A stretch of DNA of 64,000 nt from Owenia fusiformis. Lineage: Eukaryota. Under the pieces are notes generated by a model. The model had not been told where the DNA came from, ran no database searches, and saw only the letters and a list, made by a program, of their open reading frames with translations. Where the stretch lies: NCBI GenBank assembly GCA_903813345.2, contig CAIIXF020000001.1, forward strand, positions 2,108,001 through 2,172,000, given 5' to 3'. Positions 25,709-39,546 of this stretch are shown here, piece by piece (the stretch's first letter is position 1; each line of letters starts with the position of its first letter). A program made the position numbers and the translations under genes.

Positions 25709-28615
25709 ATGAGCGATTTGTTCTCAATTCAAAAAGATTTGCTTTCAGGGTCGTTGGATCATGAAACTCCACAAGAAGATTTACTGGACAGTAAACCGTA
25801 TAGCCTCAACCTTCTGCATAAAGCTTCAGGCATTTTCACATCACTTTTCTCTGGGGAAGCAAAAACAGTGCAGGAACAGCTGTCTTGGCGAGAGCAATCT
25901 GTACTGTATTTACAAGAGACTTGGTTCATCATCATAGAATTTGGAACTTTTACTCGGAAAGCTGTATCAGAGACTGTACATTATGCCATCATTTGTAGCA
26001 GCATCAATTCTTCCAGATGTATCATATCTAAATCCTTGCTGATCTCATTGATGATATGTGCTGTCGTGTGTGATGTGTATTTCACCTGGAAAGTTTGCTT
26101 TGGTGGTAAAACACAGCACAGAAATGCAAATAAAAAAGTTAAACATGTACAAAGCATTGAAAATATATCACATAACATTAATGACACATATGATACACAA
26201 CTGAAATCAAGACCATTGAAATGGAAGACAATAGTTTTCATATGTGCTTTGATATCAGCTGCCATCAGCATTCCGTGGGAGTTTATTCGCTTGTACCAAA
26301 ATGAAGTTGCTAAGAAATCATCAGTGATGTATCAGGTAATGTCATTAAAAATACAGGGAAAACAGCAACTTCCTATTATGTAATAGCAAATTCCAACAAA
26401 CAATGCTCAAATCATCCACATTGAAAACAGTGCATCGTAAACTAAAATGTAAGTTTCCTTTTTAAGTGTTTTAATAAAGGAGGAGGGAAATTAGCGCAAC
26501 AGATTTTGGACAGTCATATGTTTGATTTTGGCCATTTCCTGGGGATTTAAACAGGTGCATATGTTAGGCCAATGCATTACCTCCAGTAAAATCACTTCTA
26601 GAGATGACACACAGTTAATCCCTTTAAAGGAATAAATGATTCCTTTTAGATAAAGTGGAAAACAATATTTCCCATGTTATTTTCCCATAGGGAAAAATCA
26701 TTGCTTTCAGCTAAGTTTGGTCACCTATAATGGGTATCTTTAAAACCCCTGAAGGAATCACTTATTCCTTTAAAGTGGTTAACTATGTCTCAAAACGCAA
26801 CATATTGATGCAAGAAAAATCAAAAAAGCAGGGATGGAAGGGGTCGAAAATTAGGAAAACATTTCAGAAAAAACATGTGGGTGGGTTGTTTTCATCTACC
26901 CTGTCTCACCCTATCTTCCCTCCTCTATATATGATATGTTTTGAACTTTATTGATTCATTATAACCCGAGAAGTCTTACTGGGACCAACAAACTCAACTC
27001 CTCTATTCAATCAAACAGTTATCTGCAAAAGGAATAAACATTTAAAGCAAAAATGGTGATATTCCTTGATTAGTAGTAGTACAGCAATATGCATAATTCC
27101 ATTTCCATATATGTTTGCAGGGCATGCCATCAGATTGTATCCCAAAAGACATGACTGTATGGCAATCTTGGAAATCATGGTGCATGTGGCAGCTTTCATG
27201 GGAGGACTCTCCTTGTGATAAATATCATCATGCTCTACTAGTCGATCCTTTCTGGGAGGTTACTCCTATGCTGGTATGTATGTATGGAATTATATTATAT
27301 AAATTGCATGGAGTTATAATGACATAAATGTATGAGAACAATAAAATTAGAAATGCTTTACCTCACAAAAATTTCTGTAAGTGACCCCAAGGCCAATGTT
27401 TTAATAGACATCAGGGATCTCGCCAGGCTTTTAGAGTCCGGCGCCCCGCCGATCTCTCTCATGTTCAGACCTGATAGCGCCAGTGTCTAATGCTAAAATG
27501 AATGCCGCCGGTCTCTAATTTTTTGGGATTTTTTTTTCAATGGCTTTTTTCATCCTCTTTAACTTCAGTTTTTGAGTTACAACTTCTCAAAACATAATAT
27601 AAAGTGTTCACTTACCGTACAGATTCTAATTTTCCAATATAAGGTCTTAAAAACAGGTGATTTTCAATTGAAATCATCGTATCATCAAGAACATTTTTGT
27701 TTCCTTCATGTGATATGAAGGGAGACATCTATTGAGAAAATAGTAGTAATTGATTCCAATAAACATACTCCCTCCGATAAAATTTGGCAATTTCCATTTT
27801 ATCATGTAGATTTAAATAATTAAATCACGGGGAGGAACCTCTTAAACGAAACAGCCACTATATTAGCTTCATTTAGGAATGTGTTTAGTGGGGGGCGCGA
27901 ATGTTGAATTTTTTCCGGGTTCTAAAAATTTTCTGGTGAGAACCCTGGACATACTGGTAACATAAATGGTACTTGGTTAATGCTATCATATACAGTAGTT
28001 TTATTCTCCAAACCTCCAAACGCAGGGCTAAAGATCCAGAATATTAAATCTTCCCTTTCTCCCATGCTATGCTAAATTGCTAATCAATTTAAAATATCAC
28101 CTTGCAGTCTTGTACCTGTTTTAACAACTTGAAACAGTCTATAGAACTCTGGATCTTGGAGCACTATGATTGGAAGATGAGTGTCAGTTGGTCAAATGTA
28201 AACAGAATTTGTATTTCTTTTTCAGGTGCTATCCTCAGCATTCACCAGGTGTATCACCAAGCCATTTGAAATAATATGTAGTGCAATAGGACGCTGTTTC
28301 AAACTCATCTTCAGTGAAATACCATCACCATGGCAACCAGTTGTTATGCTCATCATCACCTTAGTAACAATGATATCAGTTGCGATGGTTTGTAAATATC
28401 GAATACATTTTCCATTGCTTTTAAAAATTGAACCAACAAGGACTCCTATAATGTCAAGGTCATATTCGACATTATCAAGACGGACTATAGGGAGTAAAAC
28501 GGGAACATCATGCAAACAGTGTTCTCATGACACAAATAGCTTGGGTGATTATGAAGTAATACCTCTGCATCAAAACAAACAGCTTCTTGATTCTTCTTTA
28601 GAATTGAGTTTTTGA
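25709..28615 (+). CDS. Chloride channel CLIC-like 1 (CLCC1/MCLC family)-like membrane protein, ~389 aa, 3 coding exons
   Basis: Exons 25709-26335, 27121-27273, 28226-28615, all phase 0 GT-AG. SIPWEFIRLYQ...DC...SPCDKYHHALLVDPFWEVTP...FTRCITKPF...IFSEIP follows the CLCC1 core pattern with three hydrophobic segments. The true start or an upstream exon is uncertain. Confidence 0.8.
26605..26790. mobile_element. Small MITE
   Basis: AGTTAATCCCTTTAAAGGAATAAATGATTCCTT vs AAGGAATCACTTATTCCTTTAAAGTGGTTAACT. Confidence 0.55.
27412..27947. mobile_element. hAT-like MITE with 5-bp TSD (hAT5-type)
   Basis: TIR CAGGGATCTCGCCAG / CTGGTGAGAACCCTG; GACAT immediately on both sides. Confidence 0.7.
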
Positions 28616-29073
28616 AGGATGTATTCTGTTCAAATTCAGTGCCAAGTAAAAACTGAATCATCATAACAGGTAATTTTATGACTACAGGACTATAGTTGTA
28701 AAATTGTGTTTACAACATCTAGTTCATTCATGATTTAAAACATGTAATTATAAACTATTTTTTTAAATATATTTATTGTTGTTTGTTTTTCTTGACCTAC
28801 TCAGAGGAGTTTGTTTCATGTGTTTCTCTATTTCAATGAAGATACTGAATTCTCCAGATTTTTTACCATTTTTCCATAGACTATATGTTTTCGAAGCAAG
28901 GTGTGCTGTTGTTGTACCCATTATGAAAGTTTGGTTTAATTAAGTTGGTCTTTAAACACTTGTTACATATTTAAGCCAACACTTGTAATACCCACTATTC
29001 CTTCATGATGACCAGAGTTCTTTATCTGAAAGAAATGGGCCTGATAATTTATTATTATTATATACTCTAGGAC

Positions 29074-30630
29074 AATTCCCAAAGATGACCTTTGTATTGG
29101 CACGTCCGATAACCAATTTTATGAACATGCCTCATTCATATTTGCCATTGAAATGGATGTCACAATATTCGGTATTTTTTATGAGTATTCTCTACAAGTT
29201 TGGATCGAGTAACTTCAATAGTATTACCATAGTTTTGAAATGATGATATTGAACTGATGTTTAAATAATAAACGCCATTTCCACGATTTCAAATTTTACT
29301 TTGTGAATGTGCAGCACAGAGAGCTCAGGATTGTTCAGAAATAGTGACTGCCACATTTTCTGGAAATAGTGTAAAAATTTTCCCATTGGGAATGTCCTGT
29401 CCACTGACATATCAATGGCAGTCACTATTTGTATACCATTCAACAACATTAAGCGATGACAAGAACTTTGTTAAACAATTATTTTATTTTTTTATATAAT
29501 ATTGCACATATTCAAAATGTCAATACAAACAAAAAAATATTAAATATACTAGTATATTACAAACAAGTCACCTGTAAAATGGGTCAGTAATAATACTCCC
29601 TTAATAAAAAATATCATTTGGAACAAGCTTTAACTTGTGCCATTATTACAATAAAAACTTATTTTCTGTAAATATTGCAGTTTGATAGAAATGCAATATT
29701 CAGAAATAACAATTGTTAAGAAATATGTGCATGCACCTTTCTGAATTTAGAACTTGTCTCCTACGAGGTGAGCTGTAAAATTATATTACTGTAAAACGGG
29801 TAATTTTGACACCGGGAAATTTTAGCGATTTTTCAATTTCAGGGGGTTTTAGCGTGGGAAATTTTAGCGAAATGAAGATTAATCTTTAAAAAATCAAATT
29901 AGCGAAATGCATTAGAAATTTTATCATTTATGGCAGAAGAATGAATAACGGACATGACAGAGGAATTATCAAAATGTAAGACTTCTAACGCACATGGTAT
30001 TGGTCCAAACTACTGTAATCTCATCTGACTAATCACAAAATCACGGTAGCATTTAAAGTCGTTGATTTTTCGGTCCAAACTAATCTCAAATTTTAGCGCC
30101 CGGTTTATTTTAACCCTGGTTTATTTTAGCGAATTGAATTTTTAGCGAAACTATAGCGATCGCTAACAATCGCTAACAATTACCCCTCGCTAACAATACG
30201 CGTTTTACAGTAATTTAATTCTATTATATTCATTTAAGGTCAGAAATAGGGTAGTTTAGAGAATACAACACCAAGAAAATGCATGCTGGTGGCTCCCAGA
30301 GGGTATACACATTTTTCACCAAGTGCTTTTTTCATCTCCAATCAAATTGCAGGATTCGATCACGTGAACAATCATGGGCACATGCTCTCTCAGTGCTGCG
30401 CATGCGCAGAGTTAAATTTGAAATCGTGGGAATGGCGTTTACATCAGTTCAACATCGTCATTTCAAACCTACGGTAATACTATTGAAGTTACTCGATCCA
30501 TACTTGTAAAGAATACTCATAAAACTACAGTGAAAATTTGGAGATCCATTTCAACGGCAAATTGAGGCCTGTTTATAAAATTTGTTTTCGAACGTGCTAA
30601 TATGATAGGGCATCTTTGTCTTTGGGGAAT
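29074..30630. mobile_element. Element with ~250-bp inverted arms
   Basis: 29074-29325 is the reverse complement of 30383-30630 (e.g. GGATCGAGTAACTTCAATAGTATTACC / GGTAATACTATTGAAGTTACTCGATCC). Confidence 0.7.
29789..30210. mobile_element. Tc1/pogo-like MITE nested in the previous element
   Basis: TA-CTGTAAAACG...CGTTTTACAG-TA; subterminal TTAGCGA repeats. Confidence 0.8.
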
Positions 30631-30915
30631 CTCCCCCCTGGCCAACACGGTAAAATACCGAATGGCGAAAAAAGCGAACGCATTCCGTTCGGTCTTTGCA
30701 CGCGATTGCCGTTTATGTCACGCATTTGGTGCAAAATATGTGTATATATCACTCATTCATGATTTGTTTCGAAAATATTCACATCTACTATATATATTTT
30801 GCAAGTGGATCCAAGAGACCAAGTGGGCAAGTCAATTATTTTGCAGGGGTGGCATGATACAGATTTCAATTTTGTATATAGTGAATTCCCAGTGATTGAT
30901 TTCAGTACAGCAGTA

Positions 30916-31726
30916 CTGTCAACCCCCAAAGATTTTCTCGCGGGACAGATTTTTTAGACCCAGTGCCAAAAATTCGCGGGATTTTGCGGGACATCCACCT
31001 AAATTCGCGGGACATTTAAGGGATTCGCGTGATTGCGCTAAATAGGTCAAATTTTGATCAAATTAGCGGGATTTCGCGGGACCATTCGAAAGACAAGCAC
31101 GCTAATTACGGAACAGTTAACAGGGTAACCACCAAAGACTTCATAGAGGGACAGATTTTCAAAGACAAAGTGCCCTAAATTCGCGGGATTTTGCGGGACA
31201 TCCACCTAAATTTGCGGGATGCCGCAGGACATTCAAGGGATTTGCGTGATTGGGGCTTAATGTAAAAGTACTCGCGTAGTAAAAAGGCCAACGTTGGAAC
31301 TATTCGTGACAAACATCCCAATTTTCGTAATTAAAATGAAAATGCACTCTCTTCCTCTTTATTTTGATACCAAATAACGGCATACTAGGTACTTGATAAG
31401 CCAACTATGGTGTTATTTGGATCAAAATCACAGTTTTATGTATGCCCTTTCCAAAAGCAGTCTTCGATGATCGACGCACTAGGAGTTTTGCAGCACTTTT
31501 CATATTAGGTAAACTTTACTCCTCAAAAGCGAAAAAACTTAGCTTCTTATATCACAAGATAGTCACAATTATTTAGCCTCGGGGATTGTTACAATTTTGA
31601 AAATTCGCGGAGGTTAAAGCCGACATTTGCGGGACTTCGCGGGACATTGCGGGACACGCGAATTAGCCAAATTTTGATCAAATTCGCGGGAAAATCCCGC
31701 CATTCGCGGGACACTTGACAGCTCTG
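30916..31726. mobile_element. hAT-like MITE with subterminal TTCGCGGGA repeats
   Basis: CTGTCAA...TTGACAGCTCTG ends; many GCGGGA motifs; related end at ~42500 (CAGGCCTGTCAACTGTCCCGC). Confidence 0.5.
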
Positions 31727-32085
31727 GTACAGTAAAACTGTCATAGTGAACAACTCTTTAGTGAAGATCTGTGCCCAGTGACATGCCTCTACTCTATTGA
31801 ACACCTGTGTAGTATTATAGTGAACACCGATTCCGTCCCAGCCAGTGAGTTCAGTACAGTAAAAATATCCTAATGAACACCTCTTTAGTGAAGATCTGTG
31901 CCCAGTGAAAACATGCGTCTACTCTATTGAACACCTGTGTATAGTGAACACCAATTCCCAGTACAGTAAAACTGTCATAATGAACATCTCTTTAGTGAAA
32001 TACTGTGCCCAGCGAACATATGAGTATACTCTATTGAACACCTGTGTGTAAGCGAACACCAATTCCCAGCCAGTGATTTCAGTAA
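31727..32085. repeat. Three tandem ~105-128 bp copies of a pogo-like terminus
   Basis: TACAGTAAAA...TGAACA..TCTTTAGTGAA...ACTCTATTGAACACCTGTGT repeated three times. Confidence 0.7.
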
Positions 32086-32107
32086 CTTTTAGAGGGGATT
32101 GTACCTA

Positions 32108-32563
32108 CAGTAAAATCTGTCTAATCCAAGGGACCAGCTCAGAGCGTTCGGATTAGGAGGTATTCACATTTTGAGGTTTTGCATTTGCAAGATTTGGGTT
32201 TTTGAAGAAATAGAAACAAATTCTCAATAAATATTATAGTTCTTTTGACTACTTAGCTTTGGCATTAGAGTGACATGAAAATCTGATTCAAATGAATTTA
32301 GTCATCCTAGAAAGCCCCACCATGAGTGAGATCGTTCAAGTTTTTTTCAAATATTTGATTAATTTATGGAACATGTGATATTTTATGTGTTCAGATTAGA
32401 TAGGTTAATTTTCAAACATGACTGTTCACTGTCAAAATTGGGAGATGTTCATATTTCAAGTTTTTTAAACATTTGAGTCAATGGGAGAAAAAACGGGACC
32501 AAAAAATGTTCAAATTGGGAGGTGTTCGGATTAGCCAAGTGTTCAGATATACAGGTTTTACTG
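32108..32563. mobile_element. pogo/Tigger-like MITE
   Basis: TA-CAGTAAAATCTGT...ACAGGTTTTACTG-TA; a shorter relative at ~62593-62743. Confidence 0.7.
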
Positions 32564-35500
32564 TACTACAATTGTTTTCAATCTTTTGGAGGAAAGTGTA
32601 CATCATTCCAGAGAAATGACAGATGCACTGTATATACAGTGATCGCCTACTATTAAAAGTGCGTGATCAAAGACTCGACAAGATGCGCAAAATTCAAATA
32701 TTTTGTAACGGTTACTTTTAAAAGATTTATTTGTGTTTATATTACAGGCTACTGGTGATTCAATTAGGTTTTGTAGGCACAAGAACACCCATATGCTTTG
32801 AGAAATATATATTAGTTTGACCATTTTTCGTATATGTTATTGATTTTACAATTTAAAGATATAAATGCAATACAATATGTGTTATTTTATTTAAAAAGCT
32901 TGAAAATATCAAAAACAATAGAACATTTTTACTCTCTTTAATTTTTTATACTTAGGTAGGGTCTTGGACTTCCATTTGACCATGATGAAATTCACGTTTC
33001 CCCTTCAATAACATGGAATAAATATTTTAACACAGAAACGAATGGATCAGCCAATAGCGTGAGTTTCAGCAAACCATACACCCATATCTATATGCTTTTC
33101 AAGAGAAGAAAATGGGGATCTCGCAAAATGTATGTCCAAACTGATTCAGTCAATTAAATGGTCACTGTGTGTGTGTTCATTGTTTTTCTGCCTACATTTG
33201 AATACATTACCATTAAATGATATACACTGAACCTCTAGAACCTGCTAAGTGAAACACCTCTTGAAGCGTAACACCTTACAAGTGGAACCGTTTTTTAAGT
33301 TCCATTTTAGTCCATTTATTTTACGCCTCTGATCCCAAGGTATGAGAACTATACACCTTGGCATCCAAGATGATTGTCGAATTGTAATGTAATTGTAATT
33401 GTAATAAAATATAAAATCTGAATTGTACATTATCTATTTCATTGGGGAGTTAAATCATTCTTTTGCAGCAAGGTATCAATAAGTAATGTAATGACGTAAT
33501 AACCTTCAGTAGATGCCAGTAGTCAGTTCCCAGTTTCACCACGAGGTGGCTAACTTGGGTCATATATAAATGACAGGTATAAGGGAAAACTCATCTAAGG
33601 TATTCAATATTCAGTAGATTTATTGATCAATTTTCAACTAAGGTCTATAAGTGATTAGCTTGAGAATTTTAGAATTGTATGTAATCGAATGCAAAATAAA
33701 CGACCAGTGAGCGTTTTTAGAGAAACTCTACAAAATGTGAAATAAATACCATGCTATTATCTCTAATGACAGAGTTATGTGGATCGATGGGACCGAGTAA
33801 AAGTTCCAGTTTAGGCTTTGCTCAGAGGGGTATCATCTCAGATTAACTGGTGGACACTATTGGAGAATGAGAGTCTATTGTAATTTCAGAATCATTTATT
33901 GTCATTTCATTACTAATTGATATTCTCGTTCTATTGCAATTTTATGTGATTTTGTAGCAGTTGTTGAATCAGAGATTCTGAATGATTTCATTCGATTATT
34001 GTCAATCACTGAAATTGTCATGAATTCATCACTTTCTACAAGTATGTGTTTATTTATTGATTTCACTTCATTTGGTATTATTCCAGAGAAATTTCTTGTT
34101 ATCATTCTAGATTTGCCTCTATTTTCAGTAATCTTTCTCATCTTCATCTCTTCTTCTTCATGATGTTCTACAAGGTGGTTTATAATGATTTGAAATTTAG
34201 GAGTTCGTAATGAAGGACAGTAAAATCATGTAAACCAAACCACTCTGAAATGCAAAGAACATATCATTAGAATCCACATGGTAAAATCACCCACTTGGCT
34301 GATCATAAATTGTTTTCATAACATCCTTCTTACTCGATACTGAAGGGGAGTTGGAACGTCTGATATGCATGTAATGTTAAGTATTATGTATATTAACCAT
34401 AAGCATGTTGGTTTTGTGGTTTTTGTAATCTAAAAACAGAAAATTTGGTGAAATATACATTTTCATTCGGCGGGTTTTTTGATTTTGCTTCATTTATTAA
34501 CTCAGTTCAGGTATTTCGGTTGAACCAATCACCGAATCCTGTTACCAAATGAATCTTTAGTCTCTTATACAGCATATGGAATACCATCTGTAGGTAAAAT
34601 GTCATTAAGGTGGTAAAGAAAAGAGAAACAAACATACCTTTCCTCCGACATTTCGAATTTTGCGCATCTTGTCGAGTCTTTGATCACGCACTTTTAATAG
34701 TAGGCGATCACTGTACATACAGTGAGGTGACACACTGTTATGGGAACTGGTCATATCAGATGTTCCCACGCTTTTCGTCCAGAAGAGGTCATTTCCCAGG
34801 ATTATAGATGAACCCTTGGCCAATCAATGATATAGTTTACATAAGAGAAGTATGACTGTATGAATTCTGGGATATTCCTGTTTTGTTGAGACAGGTTAGA
34901 ATAAAATTAACCCTTTGCAAATTTGATCAATACTGCCTCCAATCATCCAATACTTGGCTCAGTTAAAATAGTTGATTTATATTTGAATTCGATAATAGCA
35001 TTTAAAAATTAAATGTGTAGTAGTAATACTTTAGTACCTCTTATTAATTAATGTATAATATTACAACATACATAATGATGTAGGCAATTTGTTTCATAAA
35101 AATCTAAAAGTAAAATTCATAATTTAAATTTACCCTCTGGGAGCCCCAAAATTTTAGAAAATGCATTTTCTTGGTGATGTATTTTCTAAACTACCCAGAA
35201 ATAGACACTGAAGCACTTCAATATAATTTCAGGCAAAATTAAAGTAACAAAATTAAATCTACTTATTCAAGCATGTCTTAAAGCAGCAGGTTGAAGGTAG
35301 CTTTTCAAAATATTGTCACATTTCACATTTTGGACATTCTTGTCACACAACATCCTCCTAAGCAGGTGTCCAGAATCCGTACCTCCTTCTTCCCCCTGCT
35401 ATAAGCAGTTAACATTTCCCCGATTAAGAACTCGCAATTTGATTCGCTGTCGCAACGCTGCGACAGCAATCATGTATACGTCATCGGCGCATCATTAGAT

Positions 35501-36564
35501 CACGTGATTCCGTTGAATCGGGCGCTTCCAACTTGGTTATAGCAGGGGGTAAAAAGAAAGAAGATATTCTGAATTTTGAAGCCCTGTGATCGGAGGATGG
35601 TCACACAAATTCTCTAAACAGTAGTATTTCTCATTTTAATTCATGAGAATGCTTTTAATTTGAAGATTTTTTGCAGAATTATTATGAAAAAGTAGACATC
35701 AATCATTTCATTTTTTAAGTACATGTACATGTATTTGGAAATTTCTGTATCTTAAATCCTCAAATCTTCTTTTATTAGATAATATTAAAACCCTAAGAGA
35801 TTTTGGCATGTTATTAAAATATTGCACTCTTTATTTCTGCTGCCACTTAAATGACAAAATAACCAATATACACTGGCATGTAGCGATTATAGCGGTCCTG
35901 TCTTGGCTTATTGAATTGTTACGAAGTTACGTATGCGGTGCGGAAGTTAGAGAGCAAATGACCATCATTTCAATGTAATAGTTTATGCAGGAAAATTGAG
36001 ATTAGGCCATTGGAGTATTTGTTTCATGCATTTGTAAAACATTACCCACTCATAGGTCATACTTATCGTTAAACCAATAACTCAAATATATGCCCTTGTA
36101 CACCGATCACCTGTTGAAATTAATACAGGCCGATTTCAACAAATGTAAAGGGCGATATATTTAAAATCGTATTCAAGCATGACCACGTCCCAACTTCTTT
36201 TGTTTTCTTTACAACTAAGCTATGACTGCAGTCTATTCAGTGTTGCGTATCGAACCTTGTTTATTATAAAAATAGTGCAACAACAAGCAGAATTCACACA
36301 TTTACCTTATACTTATTCTCAACTGAAGACATTGAATTTATCTCTTAGGTTTTACATTATAAATATCTTAACATGCAGAATACGAAAATAAAGGCTTAGG
36401 CCCAACTTTGTATGAATTTTATGAGAATAATCTGATTTTAGAGAAATGAAAAGAAAAATGTCCACACCCTACACAAAATATTTATGGTTCCCCGGGAATA
36501 CGTATGTGCTGCTTGTATATTAGAATCGTATTCCAGTTACAGAAAGAAGTACATATCATGCTAA

Positions 36565-38612
36565 ACTATATACAACAGTTATGCACTTGGAGGTTTTGGA
36601 TACAGGGAATATCCCGAGGGATATATAATTCATCTTCCCTTGGTCCCTTCGGTCCCTCGGGAAGATATATTGTATATCCCTCGGGATATTCCCTGTATCC
36701 ATAACCCCTATATATTGGCCAAGGGATAATCCCAATATCCTGAACCGCGACTATAGGATAATATGTTTATCCCATACCAATCTTGGTCATCTGGTTCACA
36801 TTGTTAAATCGTGGGCGGATTTTCATGTTCTCTCAAATATTCCCATATTTATTTTCTCGAATTTTTTATTGATTAAGTGGATGCTCTTTCCCCTTTTTTA
36901 ACTATCAAACAGACCCTGATTGTCTGTGTTTTCTCCATTGCCGTTTACAGTCATTCCGCGAACGTTACAAATTATGAACAAACATGCAAGCGGCGATTAT
37001 GACGTAGCGCAGATATACTATATCTGCCCGCTTGGAGCGGGACGTAAAGCTTTATCCCATGGTTGCAAGGAGGATATAGATCGAATATCACATGATGATA
37101 TATTTGATATGTGGATCAAGATATCATATTTTGGCAAACAATTTACAAACCATCGAATATCACTTTTAAACTATCGAATATCACATCTTAAATAGAGGAT
37201 ATCCTATGGTTTATGAGTGATATGATTTTTATCCACGAGTGGATATGATATCTGCACGAGTGAGCGTAGCGAGAGAGTAAGTGGATTAAAATCATATCAC
37301 GAGTAAATCATAGGATGTTCTTTATATTCCATAGTTAAAGTCATCATCAGAATCGTCGGGAATTAAGTGATTTAAAACGAATTTTCCAAACGATACGGCG
37401 ATATTGACACTTAGCCTCGTTTTGAGTCTGAAGTAGCAAAAATCCATAAACCATGGCATACGGCGCCGTATGTCATGGCTAAAAGCCCCCCCCCCCCCTA
37501 AAACACCGTATGCTATGGTTAAGTGAAAATTTGCCAAAAATATCATATTTTACCACTGATTTCAAAAATACCGTTTTTATTTTGACATGTTATCCTATGG
37601 ATATCATGCTAACTATGGAATAATATAGGAATATCCTATGGCTCTGAAAAAATATCACTTATATCCATGAGTGGATATTGATATCTTCGCCAGTGAGCGC
37701 AGCGAATGAGTGAAGATACTGATATCCATGAGTGGATATAAGTGATATTTTTGAAAAAACATAGGATTGTCCGTTTATCCCATTGGGAATTATTATCCAG
37801 CGAACATTGAATAGTCAGATAAATTGCAATGGAAATTCCATTTGGTCTGACATTTTGATTGCGATAATTCAACGAACGTCATATACGTGACGTAACAGAG
37901 TGGTTTGTATTTAATGCGAACGCCGTAAAAACAAGATCCCAAAAAATAAAAATATATAATAAAAATATAAACAATCGTTTTGCTGAATTAATAAAAAATT
38001 GAAAAAATCAAAACCATCGAATATCACTTTTGAAACCATCGAATATCACTTTTGAAACCATCGAATATCACCTTTCAAAAAGTGACATTCGATGGTTTCA
38101 AAAGTGATATTCGATGATTTGGGAATTGTTTGCTAAAATATGATCTTCATCCACGTATCAATTATATCTTCACGTGATATTCGATCTATATCCTTGTAAC
38201 CATGGGATAAATAAGGGTTATGTACTGGGGGTTTTTGGATATGAGGTTTTTCCAGAGGGAGATATGCATATCTACCTGAGGGACCGTAGGGACAGAAAGT
38301 AGATGTGCATATCTCACGAGGGATGAACCCAATATCCAAACCGACCGTACATAACTGCTTTATCCTATACCAAGTAGAGTTTTCAGTAGTACAAGGTGTA
38401 AAAAATAAACAAATCATTCATATGCAAAGTCATTTTATTGCATTTCCACTTTTTTTGGAAGCGGGAAGATACGCCCCGAAGGGGGAAGATATGCACCGAA
38501 GCGGGAGATATGACGGGAGATATGGAGGTTCTTGATATGGAAACCTCAAAATCAGGATACGGGATATATCTTACCAATTTATCTCCCTAAAACCCTACTT
38601 GGCATAGGATAA
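36565..38612. mobile_element. Nest of hairpin/inverted-repeat elements
   Basis: Hairpins at ~36595-36702, 37196-37318, 37630-37768, 38215-38357; inverted pairs 37052-37170/38100-38212 and 38360/38612; tandem AAACCATCGAATATCACTTTTG at 38012-38120. Confidence 0.75.
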
Positions 38613-39546
38613 ATCAAGATAATTTCTACTCGCATCTAGTCTATTCCACATATTTGGGAAAAGTGTACAGGAAAATCTCCATGTTCAATTGATGTATGAT
38701 CAATATATACGAATCGAATGTATTCTCGTGTGCATTACAATATCCACATTGAAACATTTTTGGCCTGCAATGGACGTATAATAAATTAGAATATGAGGCC
38801 GTGTTATCATTCTAATGTAAAGTCATGGTATTTACTGTGGTATTGGGTTGCAAGCTAATATCAGATTCAATGCAAATTAATCATCTAATATCAGATGCGC
38901 GATCAGTCCAATAATCTAATTTCAGGTCATCAGTTCGATATCTAGCACTTGTTCTAACGACACGGTATTACTAGGCTATCATATTATAAATACACACACA
39001 TATAAAACAATCAAACTGGTACACGATATAAGCACGACTGCTCTTTCAATTGAGTATAAATGTTGATAAACTTACCCGGAAGCCAAGACATACACGTTTA
39101 GACGATGCTATTTTCAGTTCAGTGTAAGAGTAAATGCCCGGATATCGAGGCTTTTTCGTGTAAAGTTTTAACCAAGCATCTAAAATCGGGTTATATTGCG
39201 TGTAGAATTTATCGATATCAGGGCCGCTACATGCCAGTGAATATACAGTGTTTGACTTCTTAATGACCTCTCCAGAGTTTGACATGGTATAAGTTTAACA
39301 ATAAAGGGGAATATTTTTTCACCCATGTAGAAGTCTATAATTATATTAACCTACATCAGAAAAAATATAAAGTAGCGCTAACTTTCTCCTAATTCCATAA
39401 TAACAGTATTCATCATTTCCCATGAATATTTCTCTGATTCATTTGAAGTATTTATCAGCAATACAATGTATCACCAATATCCAAACTATTATAACCATTC
39501 TTTGACCAATAAGAATCAAGTACTTGAACTGAGGTACAAACAATAA

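Noticed and set aside
33902-34147. 81-aa minus-strand ORF
   Set aside because: Low complexity, no recognisable motif or exon partners.
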